Positions 17,822 through 27,170 are shown, counted from the first letter of the stretch. The stretch: 64,000 nt of DNA from Oligoflexales bacterium (GCA_965215515.1 OZ244057.1:2082472-2146471), one strand, 5' to 3'. The notes: generated from the sequence alone by a model not told the origin. Numbers and translations are program-made.

Positions 17822-18743
17822 TTGGCGCACGTCACCTAATGCCCACAATGATTTTATGGCCGCTTTGCTGGAGACAGCCGACGATTGTCGCGGCCTGCTA
17901 GCCTTAGCCGTCGCCAAAAACAAAGTGGACGACGTACGAGAGAAGAGGGTGACGCGTTTGCCAGCTGATCATCCTGATTTTAGGCAGGTAGTACGCCATC
18001 TCGATGCGGTGCTTGGGATGAACGCAGGCGAGGCCACTGGTGGCGAGGAAGCTTATGAACATATCTACCTGCTCGAATTCAAGAGTAGTCTGAGCAAACA
18101 CTCGCTGTTGCGGCAGTTGCTGGGTTATATCTTGATTTTACTGCGTTTTTGTACATTAGTGACCCCTATCGTCATCTACACAGGTAAACGTCCGCTGCCC
18201 GCAGTTCGTAAACGGATACGTCCCCATGCCTGGTTACAAACACTCATCGCCAATCGGTGTGGTGTTAGCCTCACCTGTGTCGTAGTGAACATAGCTGAGG
18301 TCAAACGCACCACCCTGCTGCGCTATGCTCCCACAATTGCAGCGGGACTGTACCTCGCCAAACATATCTACCACTTGACTGAAGCACACATTGCCCAGTT
18401 CTTTCAGCTGGCCAACACTATGCCCAAGGTTTGGCGAGAGAAGATGGTTGAAAAGGGTTGCGTATATATCATAAAATGCGTGGAGGGCTACGATTGGCGG
18501 CGTTTGGAACGCATCGAACGCGAGGTAGTACCAGAGAGGAGGCGTGTAGTGGCACGGGTAGCTTATAGCCGCGAGGCGGCCGTAGCCGAGGGTAAAGCCG
18601 AGGGTAAAGCCGAGGGTAGAGCCGAGGGACTGGCAGAAGTTGCTCAGCGCATGCTTGTGGAAGGCATGGATATCGAGATCATCTGCCGCACAACTGGTCT
18701 CACGCGCAGAGAGCTGACACGACTCAAGAAAAAACGCGCCTAG
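17811..18743 (+). CDS. Rpn family PD-(D/E)XK nuclease (recombination-promoting nuclease/putative transposase)
   Basis: AHNDF N-terminus, HLDAV...LLEFKSS, RQLLGY, IVIYTG, AEGKAEGKAEGRAEG repeat and a MLVEGMDIEIICRTTGL tail. Confidence 0.85.
   Translation: MEDNWRTSPNAHNDFMAALLETADDCRGLLALAVAKNKVDDVREKRVTRLPADHPDFRQVVRHLDAVLGMNAGEATGGEEAYEHIYLLEFKSSLSKHSLLRQLLGYILILLRFCTLVTPIVIYTGKRPLPAVRKRIRPHAWLQTLIANRCGVSLTCVVVNIAEVKRTTLLRYAPTIAAGLYLAKHIYHLTEAHIAQFFQLANTMPKVWREKMVEKGCVYIIKCVEGYDWRRLERIEREVVPERRRVVARVAYSREAAVAEGKAEGKAEGRAEGLAEVAQRMLVEGMDIEIICRTTGLTRRELTRLKKKRA
18549..18743 (+). CDS. Putative intragenic small protein (RpnS-like antitoxin)
   Basis: aggagg at 18537-18542, 6 nt before an in-frame GTG at 18549; 64 aa covering the EG repeat and C-terminal helices. 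Confidence 0.55.
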   Translation: MARVAYSREAAVAEGKAEGKAEGRAEGLAEVAQRMLVEGMDIEIICRTTGLTRRELTRLKKKRA

Positions 18744-18771
18744 CAACCATTCTCACGTGTGCGGGGGCATG

Positions 18772-18844
18772 GGAAGAAGACGCATGCTTCTGCCCGTGTG
18801 CTTGCTTTTATCTTGAGAAGTTGCATAGCTTGCGGCGAGGGGCA
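18772..18844 (+). repeat. Direct repeat, right copy, retaining the ancestral stop (...GAD*)
   Basis: Copy of 17724-17794 with 2 extra T and 1 substitution. It is followed by gattag, whose stop overlaps the convergent DUF4340 stop. Confidence 0.93.
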
Positions 18845-18846
18845 GA

Positions 18847-20385
18847 TTAGCCCCCCTGTGGATCGGGGCTGGTGTCGCTGAGGGCAGAATCTTTACTCTT
18901 CTCATTGTCCACAGTGTAAGCTTCAAGTAGACTGCGCGCGGCGACGTATACTTGCTCGCTGTTATTGTGTGTTACGTAGTATTGTTCTTCGCTCTCAGCA
19001 TGGGCGTGGAAAGAGATTTCTAGTTTGTTAATTTTTTGTTGATGTCTATCTTCCGTTGCTTCGTCGCTGCCGTCTGCCGTTTCCTTGTCATCAAAGTTTT
19101 CTTTGTCTTCCAGCCATAAAGTTATACGGCGGGCAGGCGGTTTAGCGAGGGTTTCTGTCACTTCCTTACGACCGACAAACTCGATTGCTTCTGCGGTTTC
19201 TAGACTGTCGAGCAGCAGATCGACCGAGTCGTTAGGCATAGGCTTGTTTTCTTCGGGTAGTTTGCCTTCTTTATCAAGTGCGGCACTACGATACCAATCA
19301 TTATCAACGCGTTGATAAGTTTCGCCATCGATATCAAGCTCGATAACCTCTGCGGTAGTGAAGGTGAAGATGCTGTGGTCGCGAAAATTTTCGCTCAGAT
19401 CGCGCACCTTTTCTTCAAAACTAGCGGGTAAACCGAACACTAGCTTGTCAGGTGCAAACGCGGCCAGCAGCTCACCCCGATCACGTACGAAGGTCAATTC
19501 CTTGCTTTCACCAGAGCTGAACTCAAATACGGCACTCATGACAATCTTGTTTGCGGTATTGAATTTTTTGGTTAGTTCCGCTGCGGGTGTGTCGATAAAT
19601 TTCTCCGCTCGTACTTGATCGAATGCCTCGATATACTCGCGGACTTTCTGTTGTGCTGTTTTAAAAGGTTCAGGCTTGAGCAGCTGAAATTTTCCTCCCT
19701 GCCGTGCCACCTCGTATACTTGTGATTCACGATGCCAGAAGGTCACCCGTGACAACTTTTCCGCATCGAGGACGAGCAGCTGTTTGTCGCGAAAATTAAA
19801 CAGGCCTTTTTCGGTTGAGTTCAGTACATATTGGCTGCCGAGATACACTTGCTGTTGCTTTTGTTGTTTTGTTGATCCCTTTACTTGAAAATAAGTGCTA
19901 TAGCCCACGGGGGCATTGTTGCCCAAGCGCAGTTCGTAACTGCTACCATCCTCTGCCTGCAGGGTAATTACCCGCCGTGGCTCTTGCAAGCCAAACTCCT
20001 GTAACTCGATGTTCTCTGTCTCAGTCTTAACAACTTCTTCTTCGTATTTGTAATCGAGTACTGTCTTAATAAAATCGCTCACCTCACGCTCATCGGCAGC
20101 TGTCTCCAGCGGGGCGACGATGCGCCATACACCGTCGATCATCTCCAGTATTACTTGTTTTGGTATGTTTGCCACTTCCGTTTCAGCGACATCGTCTGTC
20201 TGGTCATCAGTATCCTTCTGGGCATGATCGAGCAGGGTAATTTTACGTATTTGCTTTTCGTCAAGTGTGGTGAGCTTGCTTGCCTCTTCCTTCTCTTTTT
20301 GTTCTGTTTTTGTTTGCCATTCGTCCCACGTAGCCAGACCACCGAGTGCGAGCAGCACTGCGGCAAGAATTAGTGGTGTGCGCAT
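18847..20385 (-). CDS. DUF4340-domain periplasmic protein
   Basis: N-terminal TM, W.IVAP...AD, FGLQEP, LRLGNNAPVG..TY and repeated FRDK/FRDH motifs; last gene of the ABC cluster. Confidence 0.75.
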   Translation of the reverse strand: MRTPLILAAVLLALGGLATWDEWQTKTEQKEKEEASKLTTLDEKQIRKITLLDHAQKDTDDQTDDVAETEVANIPKQVILEMIDGVWRIVAPLETAADEREVSDFIKTVLDYKYEEEVVKTETENIELQEFGLQEPRRVITLQAEDGSSYELRLGNNAPVGYSTYFQVKGSTKQQKQQQVYLGSQYVLNSTEKGLFNFRDKQLLVLDAEKLSRVTFWHRESQVYEVARQGGKFQLLKPEPFKTAQQKVREYIEAFDQVRAEKFIDTPAAELTKKFNTANKIVMSAVFEFSSGESKELTFVRDRGELLAAFAPDKLVFGLPASFEEKVRDLSENFRDHSIFTFTTAEVIELDIDGETYQRVDNDWYRSAALDKEGKLPEENKPMPNDSVDLLLDSLETAEAIEFVGRKEVTETLAKPPARRITLWLEDKENFDDKETADGSDEATEDRHQQKINKLEISFHAHAESEEQYYVTHNNSEQVYVAARSLLEAYTVDNEKSKDSALSDTSPDPQGG

Positions 20386-20390
20386 AAACT

Positions 20391-22034
20391 TCACAACGAC
20401 CTCCGTCTCAGCCAACTAACCACACCGCTGCCCATAAAAACGATGGGATAGAAGAAGCAGATCAGCTTTAGTATCAATTGGCTCATGCTTGAAGTTAGGG
20501 CAATCGAGCTTTTCTGCACGTCTTTGGGACGCAGTGAGATAAAATCTTCGTCTTTCAGGAGGAAGTTGGTCATGTTGACAAACATGTCGCGATGTTCGAC
20601 TGCTGCTTGTACTCCCTGGTTACGAGCAAAGTGGGATGAGCCAGTGACAATTAGGCGCACTTGCCTTTCCTCCGCGGTCGGTAGCGCTTTGTTGTCCACG
20701 TCTTTTGCCTCTTCTTTTTTGCTTTGTTCTGTACCTGCATCAGCCAGTTGTGGTGTCTTGGTTTTGCCTGTTGCCACGGCAATCACGGCGAATTGGCCTG
20801 CGGTCACTCGATCTTGTGTAATCTCACCGAGATCGGATTTGTCGGTAACGTTATCGACCTTGACGATTGTTGTGGAGGTCTTGGCCACTAATTCGACGTT
20901 CATCTTATGTTTGTTATCTTCTACCTTTGCTAGTGAGCGCACGTTAGGCATTAGCAGGGTCGCGGCACTTTGTCGTGCAAAGTCTTTGGTCACGCTATGA
21001 AAATCATCGAAGTCGGTCACCAGAGCGTTGTTTTGCCCTAGCAGCAGGGCGCGTGGATCATCGGGAGGCAGCAGTAGCAGGTCGTTGTTGATTTTAACGC
21101 CAAATTCTTCGGTGAATGCTGCAAGGTTATTCATTTTCGTTACCGCATCGAACATCACCAACAGCGCTCCACCGCGTTGCAAATAATTACGCAAAAAATT
21201 AATTTCTTCTTTGCGCAGATCGTAACGAGGCCCTGCCACCACCACTAAATCTGCATCAGCTGGCACTTTACCTGTCTCTAGCAACATCAGTGCTTCGGTG
21301 CTGTATTTGTTGTTTTCCATCTCCTGCACGACAAAGTCGTAGCCTAGGGGACTTTTTGCTCCCAGTTCACCCTCACCGTGCCCACGGGTGAAATAAACTT
21401 TCTTTGATTTGTCCTTCAGCACCTTGACCAGGGCGTTGGTAAGTTTTTCCTCTGTGAAGGTGGCGATACGTGTTTCCAGCTTGCCGCGTCGAAAAATTAC
21501 CGTGTTACCAGAGGTCAACTTGTCCGCCATCGCTTGTGTCGGTTTCTGGCGCGGGTCAAGCCAACTGACATTAAACTCTGCACCTTCTATCTCATATAGG
21601 GAGAGCAAATTCTTGAAATTATCTTTTGTTCCTTGGTCTTGAAACCAAGCTGTAATCCTGAGCGGTTCTGTGCTCTCCTTGACCTTGGCGATAACTTTCA
21701 ACGACTGGTCAGACAGGGTGTTGGTTTGCGAACGGGTCACGTCAAAGCTCTTGTTGAATCGTGCTCGGGATGACAACAGTGCCACTGCTACGATAATGGC
21801 GATGCCCAGCACTACTGTCAAACTTGAGCTTGCGCCAAACTTCGAGCCTTTACGCCGCAAGAATTTCTTGAAATTTTCGATATCCCACGAAATCCAGAAA
21901 ACTACTAGCGCCACCGCTAGCACTAGACTAGAACTACCCACCCAGACCAGCCCAGGGTAGGAAGACTTGACCGCGGCACCGATTGCCGCTACCAGCACGG
22001 CTAAAAAAGGCAAAATAAAAAGTCCTGACCTCAT
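20391..22034 (-). CDS. GldG-like ABC auxiliary component
   Basis: FDVTRSQTNTLS, VYFTRGHGE, VVAGPRYD, IVTGSSHF and N-terminal TMs. Confidence 0.85.
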   Translation of the reverse strand: MRSGLFILPFLAVLVAAIGAAVKSSYPGLVWVGSSSLVLAVALVVFWISWDIENFKKFLRRKGSKFGASSSLTVVLGIAIIVAVALLSSRARFNKSFDVTRSQTNTLSDQSLKVIAKVKESTEPLRITAWFQDQGTKDNFKNLLSLYEIEGAEFNVSWLDPRQKPTQAMADKLTSGNTVIFRRGKLETRIATFTEEKLTNALVKVLKDKSKKVYFTRGHGEGELGAKSPLGYDFVVQEMENNKYSTEALMLLETGKVPADADLVVVAGPRYDLRKEEINFLRNYLQRGGALLVMFDAVTKMNNLAAFTEEFGVKINNDLLLLPPDDPRALLLGQNNALVTDFDDFHSVTKDFARQSAATLLMPNVRSLAKVEDNKHKMNVELVAKTSTTIVKVDNVTDKSDLGEITQDRVTAGQFAVIAVATGKTKTPQLADAGTEQSKKEEAKDVDNKALPTAEERQVRLIVTGSSHFARNQGVQAAVEHRDMFVNMTNFLLKDEDFISLRPKDVQKSSIALTSSMSQLILKLICFFYPIVFMGSGVVSWLRRRSL

Positions 22035-22040
22035 AGTTTG

Positions 22041-22817
22041 TTATCTCCAGCGTTGCGAGTCCAAAACCACATTTGTAAAAAATAAAAACAAAGACGTGAA
22101 ACACATAAAATAGAAAATGTCTTTGATGGTAATCATGCCTTTCATCATGTTCTCGAGGTGTTGCATTGAGGCGAGGTATTTGAGTGTTTCTTCTGCCCAG
22201 CCGCCACCTGAGAGGTTAGGGGCGAGCCAGTTCAGTATCAGCAGCATGAACAGTCCGAACATGGTGAATAGGAAGGCGAGGAACTGGTTTTTGGTCATGG
22301 AGGAGATCCAAATGCCCAGTGCTAACTGCGAGCTGATGAGCAGAAACAGGCCGAGGTAGGCACTCAGGATAACGCCGACATCGGGGTTCCCGTATTTGAC
22401 AGTGAACAGCGGGAAGATAGTCGAAGCCAGCAACACCAGCGTCATCATCAGCAGTGCGGCGAGGTATTTACCCAAGACGATGTGTAGTGGTCTGATGGGT
22501 GCGGTGTGTAGCAAGCGAATCGAATGATTTTTGATTTCTTCCGAGAAAGAGGCCATTGTTACTGCGGGTACGATCAGAATCAAAATGAAGTGCAGGTTAT
22601 GGAACAGTGCGGTCAGCAGTTGTTCGAGGGTGGGTGCTTGCCCGCCCATTGCGGGGGCGCGTTGCTGCATTTCGAAGAAGGTTTGCATGAAGCTGTTAAA
22701 GAACACTCCCATAAAGGCGAGAAAGAAGAAGAAGATTGCCATGCCCTTCGGTGAAGCGAAGAAGGCTGCCAGATCACGGCGGGCAATTGTCCAGGTAACG
22801 CCAAAGCTGGGTCGCAT
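22041..22817 (-). CDS. ABC-2 type permease (GldF-like)
   Basis: IARRDL..FF.SP, SEEIKNHSIRLLHTAP and IVLGKY; multiple TMs. Confidence 0.88.
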   Translation of the reverse strand: MRPSFGVTWTIARRDLAAFFASPKGMAIFFFFLAFMGVFFNSFMQTFFEMQQRAPAMGGQAPTLEQLLTALFHNLHFILILIVPAVTMASFSEEIKNHSIRLLHTAPIRPLHIVLGKYLAALLMMTLVLLASTIFPLFTVKYGNPDVGVILSAYLGLFLLISSQLALGIWISSMTKNQFLAFLFTMFGLFMLLILNWLAPNLSGGGWAEETLKYLASMQHLENMMKGMITIKDIFYFMCFTSLFLFFTNVVLDSQRWR

Positions 22818-22832
22818 TTTTCCTCCCTAAAA

Positions 22833-23756
22833 TCAGTGTGTGACCTGGAAAAACACGTCTTCCAGGCTTTTGGTTTTGACATTCAGCTCGCGCAGACCGT
22901 AACCACCCTTGACTGCTTGCATAGCCACCTTATCTATGGTGTCATCGGGTGCGTCTTTGCGCAGGGCAAATTCGATCACGTCGGTGGAAGCGGCGCGTGG
23001 CTGGGTCAGGGCAGGGAGTGTCGTCAGTTCGTTAGCGAGCTGTTCCGCTTTTTCTCCCACTCGTAGGGTATAGACGCGGTCAGCGTCGAGCCGTTCAAGC
23101 AGTTCCTCGTATGTGCCTTCTTCGACAATCTTGCCCTTGTCGATGATGATGATTTTTTCGCACATCTGCTCTACTTCCGAGAGGATATGTGAGCTTAAGA
23201 TGATCGTGTGTTGTCCTGCCAATGATTTGATTAGCTCACGAATGTGCACGATTTGGTTGGGGTCAAGTCCTTCGGTTGGCTCGTCGAGCACCAGCACTTT
23301 TGGGTCATGTATTAGTGCTTGTGCTAGTGCCACTCGCTGTCGATAGCCTTTGGACAAGTTGCCTATGATTCGTCCGCCGACCTCGTGCAGTTCGAGTTTG
23401 GTAAACACCTCGTTCATCCGTCCTTGGATACGTTCTTTTGGCACACCTCGCAAGCATGCGGCGAAAACAACGTAGTCAGCCACTCGCATCTCGGCGTGTA
23501 GCGGCGGCACGTCAGGCAGGTAACCTAGCATGCTTTTTGCTTCCAGCGGAGCATCGGTGATATCGCAACCAAAAATGCGTGCATTGCCACTGTCTGCTCC
23601 GATACAGCCACAGAGAATGTCCATCGTTGTCGTCTTGCCAGCACCGTTAGCACCGAGAAAACCGACTATCTGCCCCTCTTCTACCTTGAAGCTGATGTCG
23701 GCCAATACCTGTACGCTACCGTAGGATTTCGACAACCCGTTGATTTCAATCATCAT
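22833..23756 (-). CDS. ABC transporter ATP-binding protein (GldA-like)
   Basis: GANGAGKTT, LSKGYRQRV, LVLDEPT and SSH. Confidence 0.93.
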   Translation of the reverse strand: MMIEINGLSKSYGSVQVLADISFKVEEGQIVGFLGANGAGKTTTMDILCGCIGADSGNARIFGCDITDAPLEAKSMLGYLPDVPPLHAEMRVADYVVFAACLRGVPKERIQGRMNEVFTKLELHEVGGRIIGNLSKGYRQRVALAQALIHDPKVLVLDEPTEGLDPNQIVHIRELIKSLAGQHTIILSSHILSEVEQMCEKIIIIDKGKIVEEGTYEELLERLDADRVYTLRVGEKAEQLANELTTLPALTQPRAASTDVIEFALRKDAPDDTIDKVAMQAVKGGYGLRELNVKTKSLEDVFFQVTH

Positions 23757-23904
23757 CACTCCCACCTGTCCCTGAAACGTCACTGAATAAGCAACAAGCG
23801 ACATTTTGACAAAACTTAACGTGCTTGTCTACCCCTTTATGCACATCCACCCTCCTGCCTTCGCGGTGAGCGTGTGCGGTTGGTGTATGTCACTGATGAT
23901 CTAC

Positions 23905-24462
23905 TTAGGGATGGAAGTCGCGCAGCTTGAACCCTTGCGGGAAGGAGACGAGTTCTTTGCTGGTTTCGGTTGGATGGATGAGCAGTAGTCCTTGTTGTTG
24001 TGCGTAGGCTTGCACTGCAGCGCTGGCACTGAGAAAACCGATTGCGCCGTAAATTTTCTTGCCCTTAAAGGTCGGTGCAAGCTCAGTGAATATTTTGAGT
24101 TTTCCCGCGACGAAGTTTTTGACATCCGTCTCCTTCAGAGTAGACTTGGCTTCGATGACGACCACCACGCCATCACCGTCCGCGATGCCATCGATTTCCC
24201 ACTCCTTGCCGTTATAATCTTTGCGAAGGTTGGTGTACAGAGTGTGCACCTCGATGCCATCGGCAGAGTTGAGGACGGCAATGGACTCGCCGACCGTCAT
24301 GGCCTCACCGAGATCACCCCACTTGTTGCTCAATCCACCGATATTCTTCGCCAGCTTGTCAACTCTCGCATCCGTCTGCTTGAACCTAATCGCGACCTCA
24401 CGGAATAGTGCCCAAACATCCTCAAGAGTCGGCCTTTTCTTCTTCTTACTCTTGCCTGCCAT
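23905..24462 (-). CDS. DUF3782-like PD-(D/E)XK protein, tandem copy 1
   Basis: MAGKSKKKK start, IGGLSNKWGDLGE and EIDGIA...IEAK. Confidence 0.75.
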   Translation of the reverse strand: MAGKSKKKKRPTLEDVWALFREVAIRFKQTDARVDKLAKNIGGLSNKWGDLGEAMTVGESIAVLNSADGIEVHTLYTNLRKDYNGKEWEIDGIADGDGVVVVIEAKSTLKETDVKNFVAGKLKIFTELAPTFKGKKIYGAIGFLSASAAVQAYAQQQGLLLIHPTETSKELVSFPQGFKLRDFHP

Positions 24463-24563
24463 GCGCTGTCTATCCTCACCAAAATGCCCGCATCGCCAGT
24501 CTAACACAACGCAGCACTGTGTGCTGCACAAAAAGCATCCATCGCTACCTCCATCACAAACTT
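24463..24563. repeat. Conserved ~101-bp inter-cassette spacer with palindrome gcagcac-N3-gtgctgc
   Basis: Near-identical to 25152-25252. Confidence 0.9.
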
Positions 24564-25151
24564 TCAGGGATGGAAGTCGCGCAGCTTGAAACCTTGCGGG
24601 AAGGAGACGAGTTCTTTGCTGGTTTCGGTTGGATGGATGAGCAGTAGTCCTTGTTGTTGTGCGTAGGCTTGTACTGCAGCGCTGGCACTGAGAAAACCGA
24701 TTGCGCCGTAAATTTTCTTGTTCTCAAAGGATGGCTCAAGCTCAGTGAATATTTTGAGTTTTCCCGCGACGAAGTTTTTGACATCCGTCTCCTTCAGTGT
24801 AGCCTTGGCTTCGATGACGATCACCAGTTCTTTGCCAATGGCAATTCCGTCTATTTCCCACTCCTTGCCCTTGTAGTTAGTGATGATGTTTGAATGCAGG
24901 CTGTAGACCTCGACACCGTCGATGGTGTTGAAGACAGCAATGGACTCGCCGACCGTCATGGCCTCACCGAGATCACCCCACTTGTTGCTCAATCCACCGA
25001 TATTCTTTGACAGCTTGTCAATTCTCACGTCACTTGCCTTAGCATTGACGGTCAGTGCCTCGATATCGGCTCTAGCTGCCCTCAGGCCAGCCACAACTTC
25101 ACGTAACGATTCCAGCAATTCTCCGAAAGCTAGGATCTCTTTGCCTGCCAT
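24564..25151 (-). CDS. DUF3782-like PD-(D/E)XK protein, tandem copy 2
   Basis: Same motifs as copy 1; the C-terminal part is almost identical. Confidence 0.75.
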   Translation of the reverse strand: MAGKEILAFGELLESLREVVAGLRAARADIEALTVNAKASDVRIDKLSKNIGGLSNKWGDLGEAMTVGESIAVFNTIDGVEVYSLHSNIITNYKGKEWEIDGIAIGKELVIVIEAKATLKETDVKNFVAGKLKIFTELEPSFENKKIYGAIGFLSASAAVQAYAQQQGLLLIHPTETSKELVSFPQGFKLRDFHP

Positions 25152-25252
25152 GCGCTATCCATCTCCACCAAAATGCCCGCATCGCTAGTCTAACACAACG
25201 CAGCACTGTGTGCTGCACAAAAAACATCCATCGCTACCTCCATCACAAACTC
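25152..25252. repeat. Second copy of the inter-cassette spacer
   Basis: caccaaaatgcccgcatcgc.agtctaacacaacgcagcactgtgtgctgcacaaaaa.catccatcgctacctccatcacaaact is shared with 24463-24563. Confidence 0.9.
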
Positions 25253-25347
25253 TCAGGGATGGAAGTCGCGCAGCTTGAACCCTTGCGGGAAGGAGACGAG
25301 TTCTTTTCAATCTCAAGAGTCGGCCTTTTCTTCTTCTTGCCTGCCAT
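25253..25347 (-). pseudogene. Internally deleted third DUF3782-like copy
   Basis: The family 5' end (MAGKKKKRPTLE) is joined out of frame to the 3' end (KELVSFPQGFKLRDFHP*); about 0.5 kb is missing. Confidence 0.9.
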
Positions 25348-25495
25348 GCGTCACCTGCCTCACCGAAGCAAGGTACATACCCAGCCTACCACAGGAGAAC
25401 GCACCGCAACCAAGCCCGTCCTCACAAACCCCTGCAGCGGCAAGCATCGGTGTGGTAGCGAATCGGTTTTTACGTGCTGGTATGTATCGGTTAGA

Positions 25496-26170
25496 TTAGC
25501 CTGTGCAGCCCGTGACAATATCATAATAGTTATCCATTCTTCTGTTATTGTCAATGCACCATCCATCACCGCCACCACTGCCTACTTGGTTCCCACCATC
25601 AACACCGCCATGAAGCTGCGTAGCAGGTGCCAGGCAGGGCTCGGAGACAGCTGCGCCACCCGTACTATCTACAGCAGAACCTGCATTGACAGTAATAGCA
25701 GTCCTGGCATTGTTTGTGCCATCACAACCGGGAAAAATCCGCTTTTCAGAAGTATCCGAAGCAGCAAAGGCAATTGTCAAGAACTCAGTCTCGTTAGCAC
25801 CAGCCATCCAATAGCCGTAACGCGCTTTGTCACAGTTGGCCAAGCGAAAACCGAGCTTGTTAGCCTCGCAAACTGTTGTACCACCATCGCGATACCCGTC
25901 TCGTGAAGCGCGGGCATTCATGGGAGTCCCGCCCCAATGAGCATTATCGCCGTTGTAATATTCTTGATTATCGATAGCGAACGCTTCCTGTAGGGTGAAG
26001 ATAACGCCAAGGTTGCTTTTTGCCTCTGACTGACGGGCACGGGCGCGGAAGATGTTGAACCGCGGCACGGCCACCGTTGCCAAGACACCGAGTATTGCCA
26101 CCACAACCATCAACTCCAACAAAGAAAAGCCAGCAAGTTTTTTCCTTGCCCAAAAAACCACCCTGTTCAC
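25496..26170 (-). CDS. Type IV pilin (class III signal peptide)
   Basis: KKLAG|FSLLELMVVVAILGVLATVAVP, RARQSEAKSNL and six Cys in the globular domain. Confidence 0.92.
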   Translation of the reverse strand: MNRVVFWARKKLAGFSLLELMVVVAILGVLATVAVPRFNIFRARARQSEAKSNLGVIFTLQEAFAIDNQEYYNGDNAHWGGTPMNARASRDGYRDGGTTVCEANKLGFRLANCDKARYGYWMAGANETEFLTIAFAASDTSEKRIFPGCDGTNNARTAITVNAGSAVDSTGGAAVSEPCLAPATQLHGGVDGGNQVGSGGGDGWCIDNNRRMDNYYDIVTGCTG

Positions 26171-26517
26171 GTTCCCCTCCTACCTTGTAAAAGAAACCGC
26201 GTCTGCCTGCTGTTTCGCCAAATTAGCCGATAAGTTTAGTTTCTTACATAATTGATTGATATTACAGCAAAAATTAGAAGTCAATTGCCATCAGGCGGTG
26301 TGCCGACGACAGCAGCCTACCCGCACGGCAAACACAACCTCTACTGACCATTCTACCACACTCACCTGACCAAAACACATCATGTCGCCCAGTTTTTTCA
26401 GCTGACTAACACCCTGCCCGCAGTTTGGCAGAGAAGGCAAGGCTGAGGGGATGATGCTGGTAGATCAGAGCCTGAAGAGACCGCGCATGCCACACGAACC
26501 TACGCTGTCCGCAAATT

Positions 26518-26957
26518 TCAATCTGCCCCTCGCCGCAAGCTATGCAACTTCTCAAGATAAGCAAGCACACGGGCAGGAGCATGCGTCTTCTTCCAGTTGC
26601 CTGCCGCGTACTTGTTGGCTTCGGCAAAGGTCGGATAGATATGAATCGTGGCGAGGATTTTGTTCAGACCAATGCCATGCTGCATCGCACTGACGAACTC
26701 AGTAATCAACTCACCAGCACGTGCGCCAACAATCGTTGCACCGAACACCCTGTCCCTCTTCGGTGCAGTCAATACTTTGACAAAACCACGATCGTCGCTA
26801 TCAGCAATGGCACGGTCAAGATCATCCAGACCATAAAGCAATACCACGTCGCTCTGCCTCAGCAACACTCAGCCCCACATGTGCCACCTCTGGGTCAGTA
26901 AACGTACACCAAGGGACAACCCTGTAGTTGACTTTGAAACTCACAGGCGAAAACAAA
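26518..26957 (-). pseudogene. Inverted duplicate of the oxidoreductase 3' end (about 17347-17794)
   Basis: Near-identical, with several SNPs and a 14-bp frameshifting deletion; ends LRRGAD*. Confidence 0.92.
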
Positions 26958-27170
26958 AAAGTCTACCGCAAATTCACAGATGTTGAGTCCTGCGTGCCCG
27001 TAGTTCTGGCTATCGGTTATGCTGTTGCTATAGTTCTTTCGTTGCTGTGGTGTTTTTTGTAGGTAAATGATTACATACCCACTCTCTATTTTGTGATTTT
27101 CATTTTGTTACCTTGATTGTTAAGCTTCTCTCTAACATCACTCTTGTCCCTACCCATTTACCATTCGTCG

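Noticed and set aside
24463-24563. Inter-cassette spacer as an integron attC site (GTTAGAC core on the coding strand)
   Set aside because: No RYYYAAC inverse core or L boxes after the stop codon, and no integrase in the window. GTTAGCC in the rpn spacer fails the same test.
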